A DNA stretch of 64,000 bases from NCBI RefSeq assembly GCF_000006765.1, contig NC_002516.2; one strand, 5' to 3'. Both the position numbers and the translations under genes were made by a program. This document shows, in pieces, positions 1-10,796 of the stretch. Position 1 is the stretch's first letter. Each line of letters opens with the position of its first letter. The notes below the pieces were generated by a model. It made no database searches. It saw only the letters and a list, made by a program, of their open reading frames with translations, and was not told where the DNA came from. Origin of the DNA: Pseudomonas aeruginosa PAO1 (GTDB lineage Bacteria > Pseudomonadota > Gammaproteobacteria > Pseudomonadales > Pseudomonadaceae).

Positions 1-2
1 GC

Positions 3-1295
3 GAAAAGACCGGCGACCTCAGCGTGGAGATCTTCCCGCTGCGCTATGCGGTCGCCGAGGACCGCAAGATCGAGTACCGCGACGACGAGATCGAGGCGCC
101 GGGCATCGCCAGCATCCTCTCGCGGGTGCTCAGCGATGCCAACGTGGTTGCGGTGGGCGACGAGCCGGGCAAGCTGCGCCCGGGACCGCAATCGAGCCAT
201 GCGGTGGTCCAGGCGGAACCGTCGCTGAATGCGGTGGTGGTGCGCGACCACAAGGACCGGTTGCCCATGTATCGCCGCCTGATCGAAGCCCTCGACCGGC
301 CCTCGGCGCGGATCGAGGTCGGCTTGTCGATCATCGACATCAATGCCGAGAACCTCGCCCAGCTGGGCGTCGACTGGAGCGCCGGGATTCGCCTGGGCAA
401 CAACAAGTCGATCCAGATCCGCACCACCGGCCAGGATAGCGAGGAGGGCGGCGGCGCCGGTAACGGGGCGGTCGGCAGCCTGGTGGACAGTCGCGGGCTG
501 GATTTCCTGCTGGCCAAGGTCACCCTGTTGCAGAGCCAGGGGCAGGCGCAGATCGGATCCCGGCCGACCCTGCTGACCCAGGAGAATACCCAGGCGGTGC
601 TCGACCAGAGCGAAACCTACTATGTGCGGGTCACGGGTGAGCGGGTGGCCGAGCTGAAGGCGATCACCTACGGCACCATGCTGAAAATGACGCCGCGAGT
701 GGTGACTCTCGGCGATACGCCGGAGATCAGCCTCAGCCTGCACATCGAGGACGGCAGCCAGAAACCCAATAGCGCCGGCCTGGACAAGATCCCCACGATC
801 AACCGCACGGTGATCGATACCATCGCCCGCGTGGGCCATGGCCAGAGCCTGCTGATCGGCGGCATCTACCGCGACGAACTGAGCCAGAGCCAGCGCAAGG
901 TACCCTGGCTCGGCGACATTCCCTATCTCGGCGCGCTGTTCCGCACTACCGCGGACACCGTGCGCCGCTCGGTGCGGCTGTTCCTCATCGAGCCGCGGCT
1001 GATCGACGATGGCGTCGGCCATTACCTGGCGCTGAACAACCGTCGCGACCTGCGCGGCGGCCTGCTTGAAATCGACGAGTTGTCGAACCAGAGCCTGTCG
1101 TTGCGCAAGCTGCTCGGTAGCGCCCGCTGCCAGGCGCTGGCGCCGGCCAGGGCCGAACAGGAGCGCTTGCGCCAGGCCGGCCAGGGTTCGTTCCTCACGC
1201 CCTGCCGGATGGGTGCGCAGGAGGGCTGGCGGGTGACCGACGGCGCCTGTCCCAAAGACGGCGCCTGGTGCGTCGGCGCGGAGCGCGGGAATTAG
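3..1295 (+). CDS. pscC: T3SS outer-membrane secretin PscC (5' truncated by window edge)
   Basis: Secretin C-domain ([44 protein letters not shown]); the frame is open from base 3; first of the psc series. Confidence 0.97.
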   Translation, partial: EKTGDLSVEIFPLRYAVAEDRKIEYRDDEIEAPGIASILSRVLSDANVVAVGDEPGKLRPGPQSSHAVVQAEPSLNAVVVRDHKDRLPMYRRLIEALDRPSARIEVGLSIIDINAENLAQLGVDWSAGIRLGNNKSIQIRTTGQDSEEGGGAGNGAVGSLVDSRGLDFLLAKVTLLQSQGQAQIGSRPTLLTQENTQAVLDQSETYYVRVTGERVAELKAITYGTMLKMTPRVVTLGDTPEISLSLHIEDGSQKPNSAGLDKIPTINRTVIDTIARVGHGQSLLIGGIYRDELSQSQRKVPWLGDIPYLGALFRTTADTVRRSVRLFLIEPRLIDDGVGHYLALNNRRDLRGGLLEIDELSNQSLSLRKLLGSARCQALAPARAEQERLRQAGQGSFLTPCRMGAQEGWRVTDGACPKDGAWCVGAERGN

Positions 1296-1296
1296 C

Positions 1297-2595
1297 ATGG
1301 CCTGGAAGATCCGCTTCTACAGCGGGCTGAACCAGGGCGCCGAAGTCTCGCTCGGAGAGGGCCGGGTGGCGCTTGGCAGCGATCCGTTGCAGGCCGACCT
1401 GGTGTTGCTCGACGAGGGCATCGCGGCAGTCCACCTGGTGCTCGAGGTCGATGCCCAGGGCGTGCGCCTGCTGGAGTGGGCGGAGGGCTGCGAGCCTCGC
1501 CAGGACGGCCAGGCGCAAGTCGCCGGAGCGATCCTGCAGGCGCTTGCCGGGCAGACCTGCGGCCCGCTGCGCTGGGCATTCTGCGACCCGCAGCGGAGTT
1601 TTCCCGAGCGTTTCCCCGAAGCCGAGGTGCAGACCGCGCCAGTGCGCCGCAAGTCGTCCGCCCGTGCCGGCGGGGCCTGGCTGCTCGGCGTCAGCCTGGC
1701 GCTGGCGCTGTGTCTGCTGGGCATGCTCGTCGAACCCTGGTCGGCCCGCCAGCACGGCATGGCCGGCGAGGAGCCCCTGGCGAAGGTGCGCGCCTACCTG
1801 CGCGAGCAGGGCATGAGCGAGGTGGATGTGCAGCGCCAGGGCGACAGTCTCCTGCTCGGCGGCTACCTGGAGGACAACGCCCGGCGCCTGGCGCTACAGC
1901 GCTACCTCGATGGCAGCGGCGTGGACTACCGACTGGAAGCACGGAGCATGGAAGACATTCGCCAGGGCGTGGATTTCATCCTGCAGAAATTCGGCTATCG
2001 GCAGATCCTCAGCAGCAACGCGGACAAGCCTGGCTGGGTCCGGCTCAACGGCGAACTGGCGGAACAGGACGAACGCTGGGCGCGGATCGACGCATTGCTG
2101 GAGTCCGAGGTGCCGGGCCTGCTCGGGGTGGAAAACCAGGTCCGGGTGGCCGGCTCGCACCTACGCCGCCTCGAGCGCCTGCTGGCGGACGCCGGCCTCG
2201 ACCGGCAACTGAGTTTCCGCGAGCGCGGCGAGCGCATCGAGTTGAGCGGCACGCTCGACGAGGTCCAGCTCAGCGCCTTCTACCGCCTGCAGCGCGAGTT
2301 CCAGCAGGAATTCGGCAACCGCCCGAGCCTGGTGCTGCTCAGTCGCGGCAAGCGCGCCAGCGGCGACGAACTGGAGTTCACGATTCGCTCGGTGTCGCTG
2401 GGGCGGGTGCCCTATGTAGTGCTCGGCGACGGCCAGAAATACCCGGTGGGCGCCTCGACATCCCGCGGTGTGCGAATCCTCGCCATCGAGCCGGAGTCGA
2501 TCCTGGTGGCCCGCGGCAAGCAGCGTTTCATCATCAATCTCAAAGGGGAGGTGCTCCATGATGACAGCCTTGGAAACGCGACTGTCGGTCGCTGA
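1297..2595 (+). CDS. pscD: T3SS inner-membrane ring protein PscD (YscD family)
   Basis: N-terminal FHA-like domain (WKIRFYSGLNQGAEV), one TM segment, periplasmic ring domains; directly after pscC. Confidence 0.96.
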   Translation: MAWKIRFYSGLNQGAEVSLGEGRVALGSDPLQADLVLLDEGIAAVHLVLEVDAQGVRLLEWAEGCEPRQDGQAQVAGAILQALAGQTCGPLRWAFCDPQRSFPERFPEAEVQTAPVRRKSSARAGGAWLLGVSLALALCLLGMLVEPWSARQHGMAGEEPLAKVRAYLREQGMSEVDVQRQGDSLLLGGYLEDNARRLALQRYLDGSGVDYRLEARSMEDIRQGVDFILQKFGYRQILSSNADKPGWVRLNGELAEQDERWARIDALLESEVPGLLGVENQVRVAGSHLRRLERLLADAGLDRQLSFRERGERIELSGTLDEVQLSAFYRLQREFQQEFGNRPSLVLLSRGKRASGDELEFTIRSVSLGRVPYVVLGDGQKYPVGASTSRGVRILAIEPESILVARGKQRFIINLKGEVLHDDSLGNATVGR

Positions 2596-2761
2596 CGGCA
2601 CGCATGCCGCAGCGCTCCGGCAGCGTCTGCAGGCGGCGCTGGCGGAGTGTCGCCGGGAACTGGCCAGAGGCGCCTGCCCGGAGCACTTCCAGTTCCTGCA
2701 ACAGCAGGCCCGGGCCCTCGAAGGCGGTCTCGGCATTCTTTCGCAGCTCACAGAGGACTAA
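2558..2761 (+). CDS. pscE: T3SS needle co-chaperone PscE, 67 aa
   Basis: MMTALETRL...QLTED; SD AAAGGGGAGGTG lies inside the 3' end of pscD; overlaps pscD by 38 nt. Confidence 0.93.
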   Translation: MMTALETRLSVADGTHAAALRQRLQAALAECRRELARGACPEHFQFLQQQARALEGGLGILSQLTED

Positions 2762-2763
2762 GC

Positions 2764-3021
2764 ATGGCGCAGATATTCAACCCCAACCCGGGGAATACCC
2801 TCGATACCGTGGCCAATGCCCTGAAGGAGCAGGCCAACGCAGCGAACAAGGACGTCAACGACGCGATCAAGGCCTTGCAGGGGACCGACAATGCCGACAA
2901 CCCGGCGCTGCTGGCCGAGCTGCAACACAAGATCAACAAGTGGTCGGTCATCTACAACATCAACTCGACGGTGACCCGTGCGCTGCGCGACCTGATGCAA
3001 GGCATCCTGCAGAAGATCTGA
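2764..3021 (+). CDS. pscF: T3SS needle subunit PscF, 85 aa
   Basis: MAQIFNPNPGNTLDTVANALKEQ...RDLMQGILQKI, a recognisable needle protein. Confidence 0.98.
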   Translation: MAQIFNPNPGNTLDTVANALKEQANAANKDVNDAIKALQGTDNADNPALLAELQHKINKWSVIYNINSTVTRALRDLMQGILQKI

Positions 3022-3023
3022 AC

Positions 3024-3371
3024 ATGGACACTTCACTGATACGCGAATTGGCGGAACTGGCGCTGGCCGGCAGCGGGCAGCACTGCCACGAAGAGGCGCT
3101 GTGCATCGCCGAGTGGCTGGAGCGCCTCGGACAGGACGAAGCGGCGCGGCTGATCCGGATTTCCAGCCTGGCCAACCAGGGGCGCTATCAGGAAGCCCTG
3201 GCCTTCGCCCATGGCAATCCCTGGCCGGCGCTGGAGCCCTGGTTCGCCTTGTGCGAGTGGCACCTGGGGCTGGGCGCCGCGCTGGACCGCAGGCTGGCCG
3301 GGCTGGGCGGCAGCAGCGATCCTGCCCTGGCCGACTTCGCCGCCGGCATGCGCGCCCAGGTGCGGACATGA
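3024..3371 (+). CDS. pscG: T3SS needle chaperone PscG (TPR), 115 aa
   Basis: MDTSLIRELAELALAGSGQHCHEEA, YscG family; ATG at 3024 within ORF 2604..3371. Confidence 0.95.
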   Translation: MDTSLIRELAELALAGSGQHCHEEALCIAEWLERLGQDEAARLIRISSLANQGRYQEALAFAHGNPWPALEPWFALCEWHLGLGAALDRRLAGLGGSSDPALADFAAGMRAQVRT

Positions 3372-3799
3372 GCCGCATCGACACGCCGCCGGGATTCGCC
3401 GTCTATCCGTCGGCCAGTCCAAAGGCGGCGAACCTGCCGGCTGTCGATCAGGTGCTGGCTTTCGAGCAGGCCCTCGGCGGCGAGCCGCCGGCGGCCGGAC
3501 GCCGCCTGGCCGGGTTGGAGAACGGCGCTCTCGGCGAGCGCCTGCTGCAGCGCTTTGCCCAGCCGCTGCAAGGGTTGGAGGCGGACCGCCTGGAGCTGAA
3601 GGCGATGCTCCGTGCGGAACTGCCGCTGGGGCGCCAGCAGCAAACCTTTCTCCTCCAGTTGCTCGGTGCAGTCGAGCATGCGCCGGGCGGCGAATACCTG
3701 GCGCAACTGGCGCGTCGCGAATTGCAGGTGCTGATCCCGCTCAACGGCATGCTCGACAACCTCGTGCGCAACAGCCACAAACTCGACCTGGAGTCATGA
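3368..3799 (+). CDS. pscH: PscH (YopR/YscH family), 143 aa
   Basis: [10 protein letters not shown]...HKLDLES; ATGA overlap with pscG; synteny. Confidence 0.92.
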   Translation: MSRIDTPPGFAVYPSASPKAANLPAVDQVLAFEQALGGEPPAAGRRLAGLENGALGERLLQRFAQPLQGLEADRLELKAMLRAELPLGRQQQTFLLQLLGAVEHAPGGEYLAQLARRELQVLIPLNGMLDNLVRNSHKLDLES

Positions 3800-4137
3800 T
3801 GGATATCTCTCGGATGGGCGCCCAGGCGCAGATCACCAGTCTCGAAGAACTCTCCGGCGGCCCGGCCGGCGCGGCCCACGTCGCCGAGTTCGAACGGGCG
3901 ATGGGCGGTGCCGGCAGCCTGGGCGGCGACCTGCTCAGCGAACTGGGGCAGATCAGGGAGCGTTTCAGCCAGGCCAAGCAGGAGTTGCAGATGGAGCTGT
4001 CGACGCCCGGCGACGATCCCAACAGCCTGATGCAGATGCAGTGGTCGCTGATGCGCATCACCATGCAGGAAGAGCTGATCGCCAAGACCGTCGGGCGCAT
4101 GAGCCAGAACGTCGAAACCCTGATGAAGACCCAATGA
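3799..4137 (+). CDS. pscI: T3SS inner rod PscI, 112 aa
   Basis: C-terminal [36 protein letters not shown], typical of YscI. Confidence 0.95.
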   Translation: MDISRMGAQAQITSLEELSGGPAGAAHVAEFERAMGGAGSLGGDLLSELGQIRERFSQAKQELQMELSTPGDDPNSLMQMQWSLMRITMQEELIAKTVGRMSQNVETLMKTQ

Positions 4138-4880
4138 GGCGAACGGTGAAAGGTCTGTCGCGCATGGCGCTCCTGGCGCTGGTCCTGGCGTTGGGCGGGT
4201 GCAAGGTCGAACTCTATACCGGGATCAGCCAGAAGGAAGGCAACGAGATGCTGGCGCTGTTGCGTTCGGAGGGCGTTTCCGCGGACAAGCAGGCGGACAA
4301 GGATGGCACCGTGCGCCTGCTGGTGGAGGAATCGGATATCGCCGAGGCGGTGGAGGTGCTCAAGCGCAAGGGCTATCCGCGGGAGAACTTCTCCACGCTG
4401 AAGGATGTGTTTCCCAAGGACGGGCTGATTTCCTCGCCCATCGAAGAGCGCGCGCGGCTCAACTACGCCAAGGCCCAGGAGATTTCCCATACCCTTTCCG
4501 AGATCGATGGCGTGCTGGTGGCGCGGGTCCATGTGGTGCTGCCCGAGGAGCGCGACGGACTGGGCAGGAAGTCCTCGCCGGCATCGGCCTCGGTGTTCAT
4601 CAAGCACGCCGCCGACGTGCAACTGGATGCCTACGTGCCGCAGATCAAGCAACTGGTGAACAACGGCATCGAAGGACTCAGCTACGACCGCATCAGCGTG
4701 GTCCTGGTGCCGTCGGCCGGGGTCCGCCAGGTCCCGCTGGCGCCACGCTTCGAGAGTGTCTTCTCGATCCAGGTGGCGGAGCACTCGCGCGGACGCCTGC
4801 TCGGCCTGTTCGGCCTGCTGCTGGCGTTGCTGCTGGCGAGCAACCTGGCGCAGTTCTTCTGGCACCGGCAACGGGGCTGA
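4134..4880 (+). CDS. pscJ: T3SS inner-ring lipoprotein PscJ, 248 aa
   Basis: Lipobox LGGC, YscJ/FliF ring domain, C-terminal TM segment. Confidence 0.97.
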   Translation: MRRTVKGLSRMALLALVLALGGCKVELYTGISQKEGNEMLALLRSEGVSADKQADKDGTVRLLVEESDIAEAVEVLKRKGYPRENFSTLKDVFPKDGLISSPIEERARLNYAKAQEISHTLSEIDGVLVARVHVVLPEERDGLGRKSSPASASVFIKHAADVQLDAYVPQIKQLVNNGIEGLSYDRISVVLVPSAGVRQVPLAPRFESVFSIQVAEHSRGRLLGLFGLLLALLLASNLAQFFWHRQRG

Positions 4881-4888
4881 GCGGCGCG

Positions 4889-5515
4889 ATGCCATTGACG
4901 GCCTACCAGTTGCGCTTCTGCCCGGCCCGCTACATCCACGAGTCGCACCTACCCGCGGTATTGCTGCGGTTGCTGCCGGCGCTGCCGGACTGGCGGCGAC
5001 AGAGCGTTCTCAACGCCTGGCTGCTGGAGCAACTGGAATTGGACTGCGCGTTCCGCATGCCCGCGCAACTGGGCGGGCTGGCCCTTTACCCGCAGGCGGC
5101 GCTGGAACGGACCCTGGGCTGGCTCGGCGCGCTGCTGCACGGCCAGGCCTTGCGGCAGGTGCTGGACGGTGCGCGGGTACGGCGCATCCGCGCGCAGATC
5201 GGCGAACAGGGCCAGCGTTTCTGCCTGGAGCAGCTCGACCTGCTCATCGGTCGCTGGCCGCCCGGCTGGCAGCGGGCCTTGCCGGAAAACCCGGAAGAAG
5301 GCTATTTCCGGCGCTGCGGCCTGGCTTTCTGGCTGGCCGCCTGTAGCGATGCCGACTGCGGTTTCTCGCGGCGCCTGCGCCTGCGCCTGCGCCTGGAGGC
5401 CATGCCGGCCCCGGCGGACTGGACCTTCGACGAACAACGGCGATCCCTGGCGCGGACCCTGTGCCTGAAGGTCGCCCGACAAGCGAGCGATGAATGCTTC
5501 CATTTGTTGAACTAG
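4889..5515 (+). CDS. pscK: T3SS sorting platform protein PscK, 208 aa
   Basis: MPLTAYQLRFCPARYIH, YscK family; lies between pscJ and pscL. Confidence 0.93.
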   Translation: MPLTAYQLRFCPARYIHESHLPAVLLRLLPALPDWRRQSVLNAWLLEQLELDCAFRMPAQLGGLALYPQAALERTLGWLGALLHGQALRQVLDGARVRRIRAQIGEQGQRFCLEQLDLLIGRWPPGWQRALPENPEEGYFRRCGLAFWLAACSDADCGFSRRLRLRLRLEAMPAPADWTFDEQRRSLARTLCLKVARQASDECFHLLN

Positions 5516-6138
5516 ACGCCAGTCGCGTACGGCTGGCCCCCGGGCAGGCCCTGTTGCGCGCCCGCGACTACCAGGACTACCTCAGCGCCAACCGCCTGGT
5601 GGAAGCGGCCCGCGAGCGTGCCGCCGAAATCGAGCGCGAGGCCCACGAGGTTTACCAGGAGCAGAAGCGCCTGGGCTGGGAGGCCGGACTGGAGGAGGCG
5701 CGTCTGCGCCAGGCCGGGCTGATCCAGGAAACGCTACTGCGCTGCAATCGCTACTACCGGCAGGTCGATCGCCAGCTTGGCGAGGTGGTGCTGCAGGCGG
5801 TGCGCAAGGTGTTGCGCCACTACGACGCTGTCGAGCTGACCCTGGCGGCCACGCGCGAGGCACTGGCATTGGTGAGCAACCAGAAGCAGGTGATCCTGCA
5901 CGTCCAGCCGGAACAACTGGCCGCGGTGCGCGAGCAGGTCGCCCGGGTGCTCAAGGATTTCCCCGAGGTGGGCTACCTGGAAGTGGTCGGCGATGCCCGG
6001 TTGGACCAGGGCGGTTGCATCCTGGAAACCGAGATCGGGATCATCGACGCTTCGCTCGACAGCCAGTTGGCGGCGTTGCAGGCCGCATTGACGGAGAGCG
6101 TGGCGCGGAGCGGCGAGGAGGAAGGGGACGCCGGTTGA
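5494..6138 (+). CDS. pscL: T3SS stator PscL (YscL/FliH family)
   Basis: GWEAGLEEA repeat region and GGCILETEIGIIDASL; last gene of the operon. Confidence 0.96.
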   Translation: MLPFVELDASRVRLAPGQALLRARDYQDYLSANRLVEAARERAAEIEREAHEVYQEQKRLGWEAGLEEARLRQAGLIQETLLRCNRYYRQVDRQLGEVVLQAVRKVLRHYDAVELTLAATREALALVSNQKQVILHVQPEQLAAVREQVARVLKDFPEVGYLEVVGDARLDQGGCILETEIGIIDASLDSQLAALQAALTESVARSGEEEGDAG

Positions 6139-6240
6139 GGGAACCAGGCGCCGCCCCCGGCCCGGGCGTTGGCTCCGGGCCGAGGGCTGAGACGCTGCCG
6201 TTCGCCCGCGGCGGCGACGCTGGCGGTGCGGTCGGCGCCT

Positions 6241-8535
6241 TCAGAGCAGGGTGAAGCTGCGGCTTTCGGTTTGCGCCGAATCCAGGCCGACGAAGACCTT
6301 GAACTCGCCCGGCTCGGCCGTGTGCCTGAGCTGGCTGTCGTAGAACTTTAGGTCTGCCTCGCCGAGGCGGAAGACGATCTCCCGCGATTCGCCGGGCTCC
6401 AGCATCACCTTGCGGAACCCGCGCAGTTCCTTCACCGGACGGCTGAGGCTGGCGACCGGGTCCTGCAGATAAAGCTGGACCACCGTGGCGCCGGCGCGCT
6501 TGCCGCTGTTACTGAGCGTGACCCGCGCTTCCAGGGTAGCGCCGCGGGCCAGCCGTTCGCTGGACAGGCGCAGGGGCGAGAGACTGAACTCGGTGTAGCT
6601 GAGGCCGTAGCCGAACGGGTAGAGCGGGCCGTTGGCTTCGTCGAAATAGCGCGAGGTGTATTTGCCGGGGTTGTCGTGGTCCATCGGCCGGCCGGTGTTC
6701 AGGTGGTTGTAGTAAACCGGAACCTGGCCCACCGAGCGCGGGAAGGACATGGTCAGCTTGCCGCTGGGGTTGTGCTCGCCGAACAGCACGTCGGCGATGG
6801 CGTTGCCGCCTTCGGTGCCACTGAACCAGGTTTCCAGGATCGCGTCGGCGTTTTCCTGCTCCCAGCCCAGCGACAGCGGTCGGCCGTTCATCAGCACCAG
6901 CACCAGCGGCTTGCCGGTGGCCTTCAGTGCCTTCAGCAGCCGCCGCTGGCTGGCCGGGATGCGCAGGTCGGTGCGACTGGAGGCCTCGTGGGCCATGCCC
7001 TGCGATTCGCCGACCACGGCGACCACCAGGTCGGCGTCGCGCGCGGTGCGCAAGGCCTCCTCGAGCATCGCCTCGGCGGAGCGCGGATCGACCTCGACTT
7101 CCGGGTTGTAGCTGTTCAGGTAGTCGAGGATCGCCTGGTCGCCACTGACGTTGGCACCCTTGGCGTAGAGCAGGGTGGCACGCTCGCCGACGGCATTGGC
7201 CAGGCCCTGGTAGACGGTTACCGCCTGGCGTGGCACGCCGGCTGCCGACCAACTGCCGATGACGTCGCGCTGGCTCTTGGCCAGGGGGCCGATCACGGCG
7301 ATCCGCCCCTGTTTCTTCAGCGGCAGCAGACCGTCGCGGTTCTTCAGCAGGACCAGTCCTTCGCGAGCCACCTCGCGGGCGGCCTGGCGGTGCAGGCGGC
7401 TCTCGGCGTTGGTGTCGAACGGCGGGTCGTCCGGCTTGCCCAGGCGCCGGTAGGGATCGGCGAACAGGCCGAGGTCGTACTTCGCCGCCAGCACGTCGCG
7501 GCAGGCGCGATCGATGTCGGCCTGGTCGATCTCGCCGGCCGCCAGCAGCTTCGGTAGCCAGGTCGAGTAGAGATCGTCGTTCATGTTCATGTCGACACCG
7601 GCCTGGATCGCCAGGCGCGTGGCGTCCCGCTCGTTGCCGGCGAGGCCGTGCTTGATCAGTTCCTTCACCGCGCCGTGGTCACTGATGGTCAGCCCCTTGA
7701 AGCCCCACTGCTGGCGCAACAGGTCGGTCAGCAGCCAGCGGTTGGCGGTGGCGGGCACGCCGTTGATGGTGTTCAGCGAGACCATCACCGCGCCGGCGCC
7801 GGCGTCCACCGCGGCCTTGTAGGGCGGCAGGTAGTCCTGGAACATGCGCGGCAGGCTCATGTCCACGGTGTTGTAGTCGCGGCCGCCTTCGGCCGCGCCG
7901 TACAGGGCGAAGTGCTTGACCGCCGCCATGATGCTGTCCGGGGCGGCCAGGTTGGAGCCCTGGTAGGCACGGACCATCACGCCGGACAGCAGCGAGGTCA
8001 GGTAGGTGTCTTCGCCGAAGCCTTCCGAGACCCGCCCCCAGCGCGCGTCGCGGGTGATGTCGACCATAGGCGAGAAGCTCATGTCGAGCCCGTCGGCGCT
8101 GGCTTCGAGGGCGGAGATCCGCGCGCTGCGGGCGACCACCTCGGGGTCCCAGCTGGCGGCCAGGCCGAGGCTGATGGGAAAGATGGTGCGGTGCCCGTGG
8201 GCCACGTCGTAGGCATGGAACAGCGGGATCTTCAGGCGGCTATGGCGGACCTGGTCCTGCATGGCGCGAATGTCCGGGCGGGTCACGGTATTGAATATGG
8301 CGCCGACCTTGCCGGCGCGGATATCCGCCATCAGCGCTTCCTTGGGATGGTCGGCGCCGACGCTGACCAGGCGTAGCTGGCCGATCTTTTCCGCGTTGCT
8401 CATGCGAGCCATCAGGCTGGCGATGAAACGCTCCTTGTCGGTGGCCGGCGGATTGCCGGATTCGCCCTGGCCAGCCGCCAGTGCCGGGCTCCCGCTCAGC
8501 CCGATGAGAAGCCCCAGTACACACAGCCTGTTCAT
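6241..8535 (-). CDS. bglX: Periplasmic GH3 beta-glucosidase BglX, 764 aa
   Basis: Signal peptide, RWGRVSEGFGED, VKHFALYG, ISDH nucleophile motif, FnIII C-terminus; ATG at 8535 (the ORF track over-extends upstream). Confidence 0.95.
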   Translation of the reverse strand: MNRLCVLGLLIGLSGSPALAAGQGESGNPPATDKERFIASLMARMSNAEKIGQLRLVSVGADHPKEALMADIRAGKVGAIFNTVTRPDIRAMQDQVRHSRLKIPLFHAYDVAHGHRTIFPISLGLAASWDPEVVARSARISALEASADGLDMSFSPMVDITRDARWGRVSEGFGEDTYLTSLLSGVMVRAYQGSNLAAPDSIMAAVKHFALYGAAEGGRDYNTVDMSLPRMFQDYLPPYKAAVDAGAGAVMVSLNTINGVPATANRWLLTDLLRQQWGFKGLTISDHGAVKELIKHGLAGNERDATRLAIQAGVDMNMNDDLYSTWLPKLLAAGEIDQADIDRACRDVLAAKYDLGLFADPYRRLGKPDDPPFDTNAESRLHRQAAREVAREGLVLLKNRDGLLPLKKQGRIAVIGPLAKSQRDVIGSWSAAGVPRQAVTVYQGLANAVGERATLLYAKGANVSGDQAILDYLNSYNPEVEVDPRSAEAMLEEALRTARDADLVVAVVGESQGMAHEASSRTDLRIPASQRRLLKALKATGKPLVLVLMNGRPLSLGWEQENADAILETWFSGTEGGNAIADVLFGEHNPSGKLTMSFPRSVGQVPVYYNHLNTGRPMDHDNPGKYTSRYFDEANGPLYPFGYGLSYTEFSLSPLRLSSERLARGATLEARVTLSNSGKRAGATVVQLYLQDPVASLSRPVKELRGFRKVMLEPGESREIVFRLGEADLKFYDSQLRHTAEPGEFKVFVGLDSAQTESRSFTLL

Positions 8536-8705
8536 GCATGTTTTCTCGTTATTGGATAGACGCTCGTCGTGGCGGCGTGACATGTCGCGGCATGCCGCCC
8601 GGCGGGCGCGACATAAGGTGTTCGCAGCGCGGGCGGAAGTCAACGAGACGGCGATGGGCGAATCTGCCGCTTCTGACAGGTCCCGTGGCGCGCCGCTGGC
8701 GGCGC

Positions 8706-10763
8706 TCAGGCGACGCTGGCGAGCAACTGCTCGGCCGGCATCGGCCTGCCGAGCAGGAAGCCTTGCAGCGAATTGCAGCCGAGGCGGGTCAGGAACTCCT
8801 GCTGGGCCTCGGTTTCCACGCCCTCGGCGACGATCTTCAGGTTCAGCGTGCGGCCGAGGGCGACGATCGCCGAGACGATCGCGGCGTCGTCGCTGTCGTG
8901 GGCCAGCTCGTTGATGAAGCCACGGTCGATCTTCAGTTCGCTCGCCGGCAGGCGTTTGAGATACAGCAGGCTGGAGTAGCCGGTGCCGAAGTCGTCGATG
9001 GAGATGCCGACGCCCATCGCCGACAACTGCTCGAGGATCACCAGGCTGGCATCGGCATCGCGCATGGCGGTCGATTCGGTCACCTCGAGGATCAGGTGGC
9101 TGGGCTCCAGGCTGTGGCGCAGGAGTGCGTTGCGTACCGAGTCGACCAGGCCGGCATGGGCGAACTGCAGGGCCGAAAGGTTCACCGCGATGTTCCAGTC
9201 CGCATGTCCGCCGTCCAGCCAGAGGCGCATCTGCCGACAGGCTTCGTCGAGCACCCACTCGCCGATCTGCACGATCAGGCCGGTCTTTTCCGCCAGCGGC
9301 AGGAACTGGCCGGGGGTGATCAGCCCGTGTTGCGGATGCTCCCAGCGCAGCAGCGCTTCCACGCCGATCATCGGTCCGTTCGGCGCCAGTACCTTGGGCT
9401 GGTAGTGCAAGACCAGTTGCCGGCGCTCCAGGGCCTGGCGCAGGTCATGCAGTAGTTGCAACTGTTCCTGGGCGTTGGCGTTCATCGAACTCTCGAAGAA
9501 GCAGTAGCCGTTCCGTCCCTGGTCCTTGGCGTGATACATCGCCGCGTCGGCATTGATCATCAGCTCGTGGCGGGTCTGCCCGTCGCCGGGGTAGAGCGCG
9601 ATGCCGATGCTCGCCGAGATCCGCACCTCGTGGCGGGATATCTGGTACGGCTGGCTGATCCGCTTCACCAGCTTCTCGGCCAGGGTCGCGGCGTCGGCGG
9701 GCTCTCGGGCCTCGATCAGCAGGACGAACTCGTCGCCGCCGAGGCGGGCGATGGTGTCCTGGGCGCGGACGTTGGCGCGGATACGCTCGGCGACTTCGAT
9801 CAGCAACAGGTCGCCGAGGTGATGGCCGTAGGCATCGTTGACCGCCTTGAAGCCGTCCAGGTCCATGAACAGCACGGCGAACCGGCGATCGTCGCGGATC
9901 GCCTGCTGGATCGCCTGCTCCAGGCGGTCGTCGAGGAGCATGCGGTTGGGCAGCTTGGTCAGGTTGTCGTGCAGGGCCAACTGGATCAGCTCGCGGTTGG
10001 CTCGTGCGAGGGAGGTGGCGAGCACCGAGGTACGTGCCTCCAGGCGCGAGTCCAGCACCGAGACGATCAGGGCGATGGCGATCACCGCCAGGGTGATCAC
10101 GATGACCAGCACCGCCAGCCAGCCGTTGTCGATGCCTCGGCCGGCGGCGCCGCAGAAGCTGCCCAGGGGGAACTGCGCGGCGGCCATCCCGGTGTAGTGC
10201 ATGCCGACGATGGCGCAGCCCATCACCAGGGCGGCGCCGGCGCGGACCAGGACGATGCGCCGGCTGCCATGGCGCAGGCGGAAGGCGATCCACAGCGCGG
10301 CGCCGGAGGCGATCACCGCGATCAGGATGGAGAGGCCGAGCCACAGCGGGTCGTAGACGATCCCCGGCATCATCAGCAGGGCGGCCATCCCGGTGTAGTG
10401 CATGGCGGCGATGCCGCTGCCCATCAGCAGGGCGCCCAGCGCCAGGCGTTGCCAGGGGAGTTCCGCCTGGCACACCAGCCAGAGGGCGAAGGCCGAACTG
10501 CCGACGGCCAGCAGCAGCGACAGCAGGGTCAGGCCCAGGTCGTAGCCGAGCGGGATCGGCAGGCTGAAGGCGAGCATGCCGACGAAATGCATCGACCAGA
10601 TGCCGAAGCCCATGGCGAAAGCGCCGCCGATCAGCCAGGAGAGCGCCTCGCGGCCTTTCGCCAGGGTCACCCGGCCGGCCATGTCGAGAGCGGTGTAGGA
10701 CGCCAGGATGGCCACAATCAGGGAAAAGGCGACAAGAACCTGGTTGTAGCTGCTGATAAGCAT
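8706..10763 (-). CDS. mucR: MucR, MHYT-GGDEF-EAL c-di-GMP enzyme, 685 aa
   Basis: MHFVGM and two MHYTGM repeats, RxxD I-site (RAQD) before RLGGDEF, EAL and DDFGTG motifs. Confidence 0.95.
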   Translation of the reverse strand: MLISSYNQVLVAFSLIVAILASYTALDMAGRVTLAKGREALSWLIGGAFAMGFGIWSMHFVGMLAFSLPIPLGYDLGLTLLSLLLAVGSSAFALWLVCQAELPWQRLALGALLMGSGIAAMHYTGMAALLMMPGIVYDPLWLGLSILIAVIASGAALWIAFRLRHGSRRIVLVRAGAALVMGCAIVGMHYTGMAAAQFPLGSFCGAAGRGIDNGWLAVLVIVITLAVIAIALIVSVLDSRLEARTSVLATSLARANRELIQLALHDNLTKLPNRMLLDDRLEQAIQQAIRDDRRFAVLFMDLDGFKAVNDAYGHHLGDLLLIEVAERIRANVRAQDTIARLGGDEFVLLIEAREPADAATLAEKLVKRISQPYQISRHEVRISASIGIALYPGDGQTRHELMINADAAMYHAKDQGRNGYCFFESSMNANAQEQLQLLHDLRQALERRQLVLHYQPKVLAPNGPMIGVEALLRWEHPQHGLITPGQFLPLAEKTGLIVQIGEWVLDEACRQMRLWLDGGHADWNIAVNLSALQFAHAGLVDSVRNALLRHSLEPSHLILEVTESTAMRDADASLVILEQLSAMGVGISIDDFGTGYSSLLYLKRLPASELKIDRGFINELAHDSDDAAIVSAIVALGRTLNLKIVAEGVETEAQQEFLTRLGCNSLQGFLLGRPMPAEQLLASVA

Positions 10764-10796
10764 GAAAGCGTCCGAACGGGATAGCGGGAGAGAAGT

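Noticed and set aside
8582-8614. ATGTCGCG...CGCGACAT hairpin between mucR and bglX
   Set aside because: A short GC-rich stem with no U-tail; such stems are expected by chance at this GC content.
8536-9258. 240-aa N-terminal extension of BglX in the ORF track
   Set aside because: It overlaps mucR in another frame. The signal peptide and SD (GAGAAAAC region) point to ATG 8535.
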